Sequence record: MK250029.1
Length of the DNA: 64,000 bases
Reading direction: 5' to 3' (one strand)
Shown: positions 45,538 through 55,842 of the stretch, piece by piece
Layout: every line of letters starts with the position of its first letter
Position numbering within the stretch: the stretch's first letter is position 1
Notes under the pieces: model-generated
The model's input: the letters and a program-made list of their open reading frames with translations, nothing else
The model's database searches: none
What the model was told of the DNA's origin: nothing
Translations under genes and position numbers: made by a program

Positions 45538-47577
45538 ATGCAAAAAGGTAATATTGGAGTTACTAGTTAGGATATTTTTCCATTAATCAAGAAATTTATG
45601 TATAATGATCAGGATATTTTTATCCGTGAGATCGTAAGTAATGCAGTTGACGCATCAGAGAAGTTAATTAAAGTTATTAGTGCAAATGAGTATACAGCAA
45701 ATCCAGATGATTTAAAAGTTACAGTTACTATTAATCATGAAGATAATACTATTACTGTTTCTGATATGGGTATTGGTATGACTGCTGATGAAATAGAAAA
45801 GTACATTAATCAGATTGCATTTTCAGGAGCAAATGACTTCTTAGAGAAATATAAGGATACACAGATTATTGGTCATTTTGGACTTGGATTTTATTCAAGC
45901 TTTATGGTAAGTTCAAAAGTTGAAATTGTATCAAAGTCATATAAAGAGAATTCAAAAGCATGTAGATGGACATGTGAAGGAACTACAGAGTTTACACTTA
46001 AGGATGATGATAAAGAATCTGTAGGTACCGATGTAATTATGCATATTTCTGATGAATATAAGGAGTATGTAAATGAAAGTAAACTTATGGAACTTTTAAA
46101 GAAGTACGCAGAATATTTACCTATTCAAATTTATCTTAAAGATGTTCCTGCACCAACTACTGATTCATCTACCGGTGAAGTTACATATCCAGAATCACAT
46201 GAAACAAAAATTACACGAGATGAACCATTGTGGTTAAAATCTGCATCAGAACTTAAAGATGAAGATTATATTAAGTTCTATAAGGAAACATTCCCTAATA
46301 GACCTGAACCACTTTTCTGGATTCATATTAATATTGATACACCGTTTACATTTAAGGGAATTCTTTATTTCCCTGCATTTGATCAGAAACATCCTATTTT
46401 TGAGCGTAAGCATCTTAATTTGTATTGTAATCGTGTATTTGTGACAGATGATGTAGATGGAGTATTACCAGATTATTTGAGTCTTCTTCATGGTGTAATT
46501 GACTCTCCTGATATTCCATTGAATGTTTCTCGTTCAGTTCTTCAAAATGATGCTAATGTTAAGAAGATTAGTTCACATATTACAAATAAGGTTATGAGTT
46601 CACTTCGTACACTTATGAAGAAAGATAGAGAAACATATGAGAAAAAGTGGGAAACAATTAAAACCTTCATTAATCTAGGCGTTGTAACAGAACCTAATAT
46701 TTTTGATAAAGCAAAGGATATTATTCTTCTTGTTGATACTGATAATAAGATGTATACTTTTGATGAATATTATGATAAAGTATCAGAAACACAGAAAGAT
46801 AAAGATGGTAAAATTGTATATTTGTATACATATGATACTGCTACACAATATACTTATATCGATGCTTTAAAGAAATACGGTTATAATATTCTGCTGTTTA
46901 ATAGTCAATATGGAGCATTTGAAGTACATACATTTGAAATGAAATTACAAGAAAAGAATGTAACATTTAAACGTATTGATGCAGATGTACCAGAAAACCT
47001 TATTAAGAAAGAAGAAGATACAACAAAGAAAGAAAAACCTGTATCTGAGAATATCAAGAGTATGTTGGTATCTATGTTTGATTGTATTGAGCTAAATCTT
47101 CCTAAAATTACACATCAGTATATTGTTCAGCAAGATGGTAAAGATGCACTGCCTATTACTATTGTTGCTGATGAGTTCTTCCGTCGTATGAAGGAAATGT
47201 CAATGCTTAATAATGCTGGTATGTATTTGGAAAATAATGCATCTATTAAAATTATTATTAATGCAGATTCTAAAGTTGTAAAGAAGATTATTAAGATTGC
47301 AGAAAAAGAAATTGGTCAGCAAATTAATGATATTAATGAAAAAGTTAAAGATATTAATACAAGATTGGAAGCTGCTGATACAGATGATGCAAAGAATTCT
47401 ATTAAAAAAGAACTTGATAACATTATTGCAGAGAAAAAGGAAATTATTAATAAACATGCACATGCAGATAGTCATATTCATGAATTAATTGATATTGGTT
47501 TGTTACAGTATGGTTTATTATCAGGTGAAGATTTGGCAGCATTTGTTAAGAGATCTATAAAGATGATTGAAAAGTAA
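45538..47577 (+). CDS. htpG: Hsp90 chaperone HtpG; TAG at codon 11
   Basis: MQKGNIGVTS(Q)DIFPLIKKF resembles the Bacteroidota HtpG start; EIVSNAVDA, DMGIGM, IGHFGLGFYS, PLNVSR. Confidence 0.95.
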
Positions 47578-47702
47578 TTCAATATATAAAAGAGAGTATG
47601 TTTTGTAAATAACTACTCTCTTTTTACTTTTTACAAAAGTAGACAAATAATAAATATTAATATATAAGAAATATATTAACAAATTAAAATTAAATTAACA
47701 AA

Positions 47703-47963
47703 ATGTATCGGTATCATAATCCCTTAAAGAATTTTAATCCATTTGTGATAACAAGTGTATTTGTATTATTTTTAATTGTAATGTTTACATTTGCAATTCC
47801 TACATTGATAAATGCAGCATCTACAATGATGAATTTTATTGCCATTATTTTTATTTTATTTACAATTTATATATGTATTATTGTAATGAGATATTATAAT
47901 GATTATTATATACGACATTATCAGAAATACAAGGAAGAAAGAGAAAAGAAAATTAAAGATTAA
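47703..47963 (+). CDS. Small two-helix membrane protein
   Basis: Two hydrophobic helices; directly upstream of the SPFH gene. Confidence 0.6.
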   Translation: MYRYHNPLKNFNPFVITSVFVLFLIVMFTFAIPTLINAASTMMNFIAIIFILFTIYICIIVMRYYNDYYIRHYQKYKEEREKKIKD

Positions 47964-47988
47964 TTTATCATTTTAATTATTAAATTAT

Positions 47989-48783
47989 ATGAAGAAAATC
48001 GTATTGAATTTGATTGTCATACTAATGACATGTATGAGTTTTGTATCTTGTGCTTATGAGAGAGTTGATGCAGGATGTGAAGGTATTTATGTAAATCTTT
48101 ATGGTGACGATAAAGGTGTAGGTGAAGTTAGTCTATGTACAGGAGCTGTATGGTATTGTCCATTGACTCATGATGTATTTGAATATCCTACATATATTCA
48201 GACTGTAGATTATCCATCATTTGAAGTTAATAGTAAAGACGGCACAAAATTTACTGTTGATCCTGCAGTTCTCGTAAAAATAGAAGATGGTAAATCACCA
48301 CTTATTTTTAAAAAGTATAGAAAGCAGCTTGATGAAATTGTAAAGAATACTTTATATGTTTATATCAGAGATGCAGCACGTATTGAATTTAATAAGTATA
48401 CAGCAGACCAGATTGTATCAAATCGTGAAGCAGTAGATAAATCATTTGAGGAACGAGTAAGAAAAGGATTTGCAAGTGAACATTTTATTCTTCAGCAATT
48501 AACGCCAGGTATTGGTTATCCTAAATCATATGAAGAAGCTATTAATGCTAAGAATAAAGCAATTCAAGATGAAATGCGTGTCAGCAATGAGATTCGTGTA
48601 GCTGAGGCAGAAGCAAAGAAAAAACTTGTTCTTGCAGAAGCAGAAGCGAAGGCAAACAAATTGAAAGAACAATCACTTACACCATTGCTTATTCAGAAAA
48701 TGGCAATTGAAAAGTGGTCAGGAAATTTGCCAGATACATATGTAGGTAGTCATGGTATTCCTAATTTGATTTTAGGAAAGTAA
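47989..48783 (+). CDS. SPFH/prohibitin (band 7) family protein
   Basis: Lipoprotein-like FVSC, RVDAG..G, YEEAINAK, AEAEAKAN, AIEKW.G.LP. Confidence 0.85.
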   Translation: MKKIVLNLIVILMTCMSFVSCAYERVDAGCEGIYVNLYGDDKGVGEVSLCTGAVWYCPLTHDVFEYPTYIQTVDYPSFEVNSKDGTKFTVDPAVLVKIEDGKSPLIFKKYRKQLDEIVKNTLYVYIRDAARIEFNKYTADQIVSNREAVDKSFEERVRKGFASEHFILQQLTPGIGYPKSYEEAINAKNKAIQDEMRVSNEIRVAEAEAKKKLVLAEAEAKANKLKEQSLTPLLIQKMAIEKWSGNLPDTYVGSHGIPNLILGK

Positions 48784-48908
48784 TTTTTATATTTTAATCT
48801 CTAATAATTTTCATAATTATTAGAGATTTTTTATTTTTATAAAGTAAACAAAAAGTTGTTTATCTAATAATATATATAGATTAAATAACTTTTAAATTAT
48901 AATTAATT

Positions 48909-49103
48909 ATGGATTTTACAATTAAAGGAAATAATAATGAAGTATCAGTTTCTAAGGATACTATTAAAAAGTTGATAGAACTTTTACAGCATGTAGATTG
49001 TACATGTGTATGGTCAGAACATGATAATCAATATATTAAGGTTAATGATATTCCTAATAATATTGTTGATGAACTTATTGTAAAATTGAAATTATCAAAA
49101 TAA
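48909..49103 (+). CDS. Hypothetical protein
   Basis: 64-aa ORF after a TAAAC-N18 promoter. Confidence 0.5.
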   Translation: MDFTIKGNNNEVSVSKDTIKKLIELLQHVDCTCVWSEHDNQYIKVNDIPNNIVDELIVKLKLSK

Positions 49104-49552
49104 TGGAAGATAATAAAGATATTGAAATTGTTGAACAACCAGTAAAGAAGAAGAGAGGACGGCCACGTAAAGTACATCCTTATGAAGAATTCCAACCATA
49201 TATTAAAGAAACATTTGCTAATTATCTTAATGATAATTATGATATGATATATTTGTTTATGAATGCAAATAAACGAATTGATAAAAGATTTTGGAATGCT
49301 ATATATGAACATGTAAGAACATTGAATAATAAATTATATGAAGAATATTCTTGTGGTTTTAAATTTAATGAATATACATATAGACCAGATGTACAATGGA
49401 GAGGTATTGATGAAGTTCGTGAAACTCAACGAAAAAATGCAGTAAAGCATTTTTATGAAAACGAAAATTTAGATCCTATATATAAAGCATATATGATATT
49501 TACTCATATGAAACTTTATATTAGTGAATCTAGTAAAGAAATGAAAGTATGA
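49103..49552 (+). CDS. Hypothetical protein with an AT-hook-like motif
   Basis: KKKRGRPRK near the N-terminus. Confidence 0.6.
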   Translation: MEDNKDIEIVEQPVKKKRGRPRKVHPYEEFQPYIKETFANYLNDNYDMIYLFMNANKRIDKRFWNAIYEHVRTLNNKLYEEYSCGFKFNEYTYRPDVQWRGIDEVRETQRKNAVKHFYENENLDPIYKAYMIFTHMKLYISESSKEMKV

Positions 49553-50352
49553 AAATCATATCAAAATATAAGGATTTCTATGACTCATATGGATTTATTC
49601 TTGGTAAACCAGATGAGAGTATAACTTATGTCCGTACAACAGAAGTTATAGATGATGATAATAAGCAATATAAGTCAATCATCAAGAAAATTTATGATTA
49701 TGGACATTTGTATTTTCATGTTTATGGATTTAAAGAAGATTATGTTGCATGGGTAGAAAGTGTTGTATGTGGTATATATCCTTATATATACGTATGTCCT
49801 TTTTATGTGATTATGCAACAATTAAATAAAGGTAGAACATTTATACCTATTGATTTAAAACCTATACCAATATCAGAAGAATTTGTACATGATAAAAGTA
49901 AAAGAGAACATATTTATAATAAGGTACAAACAAAATTTGATGAGTATTGCGATAAAAATAATATAAAAGGAAAATTACATATACAAAAAATTAGAGAAAC
50001 CAATTATTCATGGTCTAATGCAAAATTTAAATTTGAAACGCAAAGTTGGAAGATAGAGGAACTGGATATATTCAGAGAATTAAATGTACCAACTTTTATG
50101 TATGTATGTAAAAATGATGATATTGCAAGATATGTTAAAGATTATGGATTAACACTTAATCCTATATTTGTTAAGCAAAATTTTGATGTATTAGGTGCTA
50201 ATAGAACCAGAATAATTAATGAACAGAATGTTTATATAGATATAGAAAATTTTTTGTGGGAAATGAAAAAGGAACCTGAATCAATTCCTGATAATAAAAC
50301 AAAAATTATAAATGCAGGGTTTGATTTGAAAACATCATTTAGAAATATGTAA
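49549..50352 (+). CDS. Hypothetical protein
   Basis: 267-aa ORF starting MKIISKYKDFYD. Confidence 0.7.
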   Translation: MKIISKYKDFYDSYGFILGKPDESITYVRTTEVIDDDNKQYKSIIKKIYDYGHLYFHVYGFKEDYVAWVESVVCGIYPYIYVCPFYVIMQQLNKGRTFIPIDLKPIPISEEFVHDKSKREHIYNKVQTKFDEYCDKNNIKGKLHIQKIRETNYSWSNAKFKFETQSWKIEELDIFRELNVPTFMYVCKNDDIARYVKDYGLTLNPIFVKQNFDVLGANRTRIINEQNVYIDIENFLWEMKKEPESIPDNKTKIINAGFDLKTSFRNM

Positions 50353-50361
50353 TATTTTATT

Positions 50362-50619
50362 ATGAGAATAGTAACAGTTAAAAATGATAAAGGTATATAC
50401 ATACCACCATTTATGTCTGACTTTACAAAAGAAGATTCAGACCTTATTGGTAAATTATGGGATATATCAACTAAACATGGATACATAGCAGATTCACTAG
50501 GTGGTACACAATGTTTAGCATTAATGTATGATGAACTTCCATGTTATTTTAAAATTTTATTTAAAAATGTAGAAAGAACTGAAGTATCATATGAAGATTA
50601 TAAACGAGGTTTTTGGTAA
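50362..50619 (+). CDS. Hypothetical protein
   Basis: 85-aa ORF. Confidence 0.5.
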   Translation: MRIVTVKNDKGIYIPPFMSDFTKEDSDLIGKLWDISTKHGYIADSLGGTQCLALMYDELPCYFKILFKNVERTEVSYEDYKRGFW

Positions 50620-50626
50620 TTAATAT

Positions 50627-51343
50627 ATGAAGCAAGAAAGAAAAACAGTAGTAGCAGGTCCACATATATTAAAGTTTAATATATCAGATATTAATAGAAT
50701 ATTTTTTACAAGTGATATACATGCAAATCATGCGAATATTATAAAATACTGTAATAGACCATTTACAGATGTTAATGAGATGAATCATGTTTTATTTAAG
50801 AATTTAAATGATTCATTATCAAGTATAGATAATGCTATACTTATAAATTGTGGTGATTTTATCTTTAGTAATGTAAGTACATATGATGAAATGGTTAATA
50901 ACATTAAAGCTGAAAAAGTTTATAATATAATTGGTAATCATGATGTAAAAAACGTGTTACAGAGAAGAAATATAGTACCTTATAATGAAGAAAGTAAAGT
51001 ATATTGGAGTACAGAACTTATTGTACAAATATATGATGATTATAAAGATAAAATAATTCTACAGTTTACAGTATCACATTATCCACATTGTGATGGACAA
51101 TTCTTAGGTAAATTTAATATTCATGGTCATTTACATACACCAAAAAATGTAGAAAATTATACAGGTACAGATGCGAATATTGCTAAAAAGTTAAAAGAAA
51201 AAGCAATGACATATGATGTTGGCGTAGATGGAAATGATTATAAACCAGTAAAGTTAACTGATATATTAACAGGAAATTTAATTCAATATCAACTTAGAGA
51301 TATTGATTTTAATTATTGGAAAAATAAAATTAAAAATATTTAA
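50627..51343 (+). CDS. Metallophosphoesterase (phage type)
   Basis: FTSDIHANHANII.YCNRPF, CGDF, GNHD, SHYP, HGHLH, YDVGVD. Confidence 0.88.
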   Translation: MKQERKTVVAGPHILKFNISDINRIFFTSDIHANHANIIKYCNRPFTDVNEMNHVLFKNLNDSLSSIDNAILINCGDFIFSNVSTYDEMVNNIKAEKVYNIIGNHDVKNVLQRRNIVPYNEESKVYWSTELIVQIYDDYKDKIILQFTVSHYPHCDGQFLGKFNIHGHLHTPKNVENYTGTDANIAKKLKEKAMTYDVGVDGNDYKPVKLTDILTGNLIQYQLRDIDFNYWKNKIKNI

Positions 51344-51479
51344 AATATTTAAGTGCTAATAAAGTTTATTGCAAAACTTTATTAGCATTTTTTTGTATAA
51401 TAATTAATTAATATTTTGATATTTCATAGTATCAAAGAATAAATAAAATATCTAAAATAAAATAGAAAGAAAACTAAAT

Positions 51480-54400
51480 ATGAAGGTAACAAAACGTGAT
51501 GGTAGTTTTGAGAATTATAGTGTTTAGACAGTTAAACGTGCAGTTAGAGAAGCGTTTAAGTCAACAAAGACTAAATACTCAAAAGACACAATTTCGAATA
51601 TTGTAAGTTCTATTACGCCATATGATGGCATTCCTGTAGAAGAAATACAGGATCAGATAGAAACAAGTTTGTATTCTCATGATCAGCCTAAAGTTGCAAA
51701 AGAATTTATTCTTTATCGCAATAAGAAGAAGGAAATCAGAGAATGGGTTGCTAATAAAGAAGCATTTATTGAAAGATATAAAAATGCATCAAATACTGCA
51801 AATAGTACAATTGATGATAATTCTAACGTATCATCTAAGAACATCGGTGTATTAAATGCAGAAATTCATAAAGGTGATAATATTCTTGTAAGTAGAGGAA
51901 TGATTACAAGAAAATTAAAAGATTTATTCCCTGATTTTAAAGCAAAACAATATCAAAAAGATTTAAAAAATCATATTATCTATAAGAATGATGAATCAAG
52001 TTTTGCTGGTGCTATAAGTCCTTATTGTGTTAGTGTATCTATGTATCCATTTCTTAATCATGGATTGGAAAAGATTGGAGGTTTATCATGTCATCCACAA
52101 AATCTTGATTCCTATTGTGGTATGTATGTAAATCTTGTATTTGCAGTTGCAGCACAATTTGCAGGAGCAGTAGCAACATCAGAATTCTTGGTATATTTTG
52201 ATTATTTTGCACGAAAGGAATTTGGAGATGATTACTATTTGCATAGTAAAGAATTCTATAAGATTGGTCCAAAATATCGTAAGTTACTTAATGAATCTAA
52301 TTACTGGTGTAAAGATGTAGATACACTTAGAAAACATGATTTTGGTACAGATGAATTAAATAAATTGAGAGATGAACTTGTTTATAATTCGGAACGACCA
52401 TTATCTGATGAAGAACTTAAAGAATATGAAACAGAACTTTCTAAATATGATGTAGAAGGATCAATAAAAGATTTTACAAATCCTATTAAGATTGGTGATG
52501 GTACAAGAACTATTGGTTCATGTATACAACAATTCTTCCAACAAGTAGTGTATTCAATTAACCAACCCGCGGCATCCAGAGGATTATAGTCAGCATAAAC
52601 TAAAATAAATTAAAAATTACATAATCCTATATGTAATTTTACATATCTGAAATTATGTCTAATTATAGATATTTTACAAAAGATAGAGATTGGTTATATG
52701 AAAATTATGTTATTAAAGGATTAACACGAGAATAGTGTGCTAAAGAAGGAAATACAACATTAGCAAATATTAAAGAATATTTAAGAAAATGGAATATTGA
52801 AAAATCTAAATTAATAATTAAAAAAGAGGATTTAATAAATTATGTTAATAATGGATTAACAACGAAAGAAATTTCAGAAATATATAAATGTCATAAAGGT
52901 ACTATTAATAGATATTTTAAAAAATATAATATAAAAAATACTAATTATGAAATTTATGAACAATATGATGATACAAATGATTAGGAAATAATAAAATTAT
53001 ATAATGATGGTAAATCTACAGTAGAAATAAGTAAAATATTTAACTGTTCAGCAACTTCCATCAGAAGTCATTTAAAACATAATGGAATTAAAAGACGTAC
53101 TTTTGTCGAATCTATGTGGAATTATCATAAAAAAGAAATACCAGAAGATTTTAATGATTATAAAAAATTATATAATTTATATATTGAATAGTCAATATCA
53201 AAAGCGGAATTAGCACGGAGATATAATTGTACAATAGCTGTAATTAATAGAGTATTAAATAATTTAAATATTACTAATATTCCATATACAACAGATACTA
53301 GAAGATTAGGTAATAAAATAAGAACATATTTTAATCGATTAGTTCCTAAAGTTATAGAAAGAGATCATAATACTTGTTAGTTATGTGGATGCCATGAAAA
53401 TCTTCAAGTTCATCATATAGTTCCATTTAAAATATTATTTCATAATTTATTATCAGAACATCCAGAATTAAATCCTACTGATAATTTTGATGAATTATTT
53501 AATTTAGCAATAAAAAATAAAGAACTTAATAACATAGATAATCTTATAACATATTGTAAAAATTGTCACATGTATAAAATACATAATTTTGGTAATAACT
53601 AAAGTATAAGAGAAATTACATGTGCTGACGTTAATAAACACCTTGAATTGCGGGAAGTCCCTTAGAGCTTTATCTACAGCATATCATGGGAACATAGATA
53701 GTAGCAGATAGTATAACGACTATTAGATTGTAAAAACGATAAAGATTGGGTAATCATACGCAGCTAATTATCCTAAAGGATAAAAGTTCAACGACTATCG
53801 AACACTTTAAAAAGTTAGTAGAGTACATAACAAGTGTTATGGAAGTGTAGGTGCAAATTTAAGAAAATTAAATTTGATGATATAGTCTAAACGGTTTAAC
53901 AAACCCTTTTAACGTGAAATTCGTTAATCGTCTATGGAAATCATAGAGCAGTTACAAACAGTAACGTACATAAAGTAACGATTTATGTAGAAGTAAAAAT
54001 GTTGTAAATTTCTCTTATTTTGATAAGCCTTTCTTTGAAGGTATGTTTGGGGAATTTGTATTTCCAGATGAAGAAGGTACAAGACCTTGTTGGGAAAGTG
54101 TTTCATGGTTGCAGAAAGATTTCATGATTTGGTTTAACAAAGAGCGTCTTCGTACTATAATCACTTTCCCTGTTGAAAGTTTTGCATTGGTATATAAGGA
54201 TGGAAAGTTTGTAGATGAAGATTCTGCAGATTTTGTTGCAGAAGAATATTCTCGTGGTCATTCATTCTTTACTTATATGTCAGATACTGTTGATTCATTA
54301 TCAAGCTGCTGTTTCGATGGTGATACACCATTTATGTTTGTAGAACCTCTTAATATGGAAGAGCATGGTGGTAATAATGCATATATGGTTTCAACTATTA

Positions 54401-55842
54401 AAGATGCATATGAAAAATATAAAGATGATATAATTAATGTATATCATATGAATTTTAATGGTACTACAGGTAAATGTACAGGTGAATGGGTAAATGCAAA
54501 ATTTGTAAAAGCACAAGCTGTTCAGGAAGTACGAATTTATTTTAAACCAGATGATTTCAATCCAGATGAGTCAAGGAATGTAATGAGAGTTACGCCGGAT
54601 CATATATTCCCTGTTATTGATGATAATGGATTTATTACAGATAAAAATGCATATTTGTTACAGACTGGAGATCAACTTATTTTTGAATATGCACAATATA
54701 TGGGATTATTTAGAGATGAATTCCCTGATAGAGATCAAGATTTAGTAAAACGTGCTATTTCAAAAGTTGAAATTGTAAATCTTGATGAGCCAAAGGATTA
54801 TTATTGTGTAGAGTTATGTGATAAAAATATTGAACCATACTTTTTGTTACCTAATGGAAATATTACACATAACTGTCGCCTTAAGAATAAGATTCAAACA
54901 AAGGAATTTAATTTTACAAATGGAAATCTCGGAATTCAAACCGGGTCAAAATCTGTAATAACATTAAATCTTAGTCGTATAACACAAGATTGGTTTAATA
55001 GTGTTAAGAAAACAGGTGTAACAAAAGAAAATGTAGAAGAACATTATGATGAATTGTGTCATTATTTTGGTGATATTCTTGATAGAGTATACAAATATCA
55101 TACTGCATATAATGAACTTCTATGGGATATGTATGATGCTGGTTTGCTTCCGGTATATAAAGCTGGATTTATTAGTTTGAATAAGCAATATTTAACAATT
55201 GGATTAAATGGTCTTAATCAAATGGCAGAATTTTTAGGAATTACATGCAATATAAATCCTCATTATGAAAAATTATGTCAAACAATATTTGGATATATTA
55301 AGCAGAAGAATCAAGAAGCTGCAGGTATGTTTAACGGACACAAGCTCACGTTTAATACCGAGTGCGTACCAGCGGAAAGTCTTGCAATAAAAAATTATAA
55401 TTGGGATAAAGAAGATGGATATTGGGTAAGTGATGATACAAATCTTTATGCATCTTATATTTTTAAACCAAATGACAAGAGCTTATCAATTTTCGATAAA
55501 ATTACATTACATGGTCGTGATTATATCGGAGATTTCTTAGATGGTGGTTCTGCGGCTCATCTTAATTTATCAGAGCATTTATCTAAGAAACAAATAAAAC
55601 ATATCATGCAATTTGCAGCACAGGTAGGATGTCAGTATTGGACATTTAATGTACCTAATTGTAAGTGTGAAGATTGCGGATATATATCAAAAACTCCATT
55701 TGATAAGTGTCCAAAATGTGGATCAGTTCATATAAGTTTATATGACCGTATCATTGGATATTTAACTAAAATTTCGAACTGGTCAGATGGACGTCAACAA
55801 GAACAAAAGACACGTGTTTATCTACATAGTGAAAATATTTAA
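51480..55842 (+). CDS. nrdD: Anaerobic ribonucleoside-triphosphate reductase, join(51480..52596,54002..55842); 985 aa including a 188-aa intein; 2 TAG
   Basis: ATP cone MKVTKRDG; spliced junction RGL(Q)SA-F-VNFSYFDKPFF; SSC/CRL; CEDC...CPKC; glycyl-radical loop RIIGYL. Confidence 0.93.
52597..54001 (+). mobile_element. Group I intron in nrdD, 1405 nt
   Basis: 5' exon GTCAGCAT pairs with IGS GTGCTGAC (53622-53629), ending in U.G; P AATTGCGGGAA 53646; R GTTCAACGACTA 53786; S GATATAGTCT near 53879; terminal G 54001; removal restores the frame. Confidence 0.9.
52655..53602 (+). CDS. Intron-encoded HNH homing endonuclease with N-terminal HTH repeats, 315 aa, 4 TAG (not in the ORF track)
   Basis: C(Q)LCG...LQVHHI...NLITYCKNCH...IH; several T.EIS.I..C...TI HTH-like units. 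Confidence 0.85.
54310..54873 (+). mobile_element. Mini-intein in NrdD, 188 aa, no endonuclease domain
   Basis: CFDGDT...VTPDHIF...YYCVEL...NGNITHN/C, inserted in SSC|CRL. Confidence 0.9.

Noticed and set aside
53924-54106. Minus-strand 60-aa ORF
   Set aside because: It overlaps the intron 3' hairpins and nrdD exon 2
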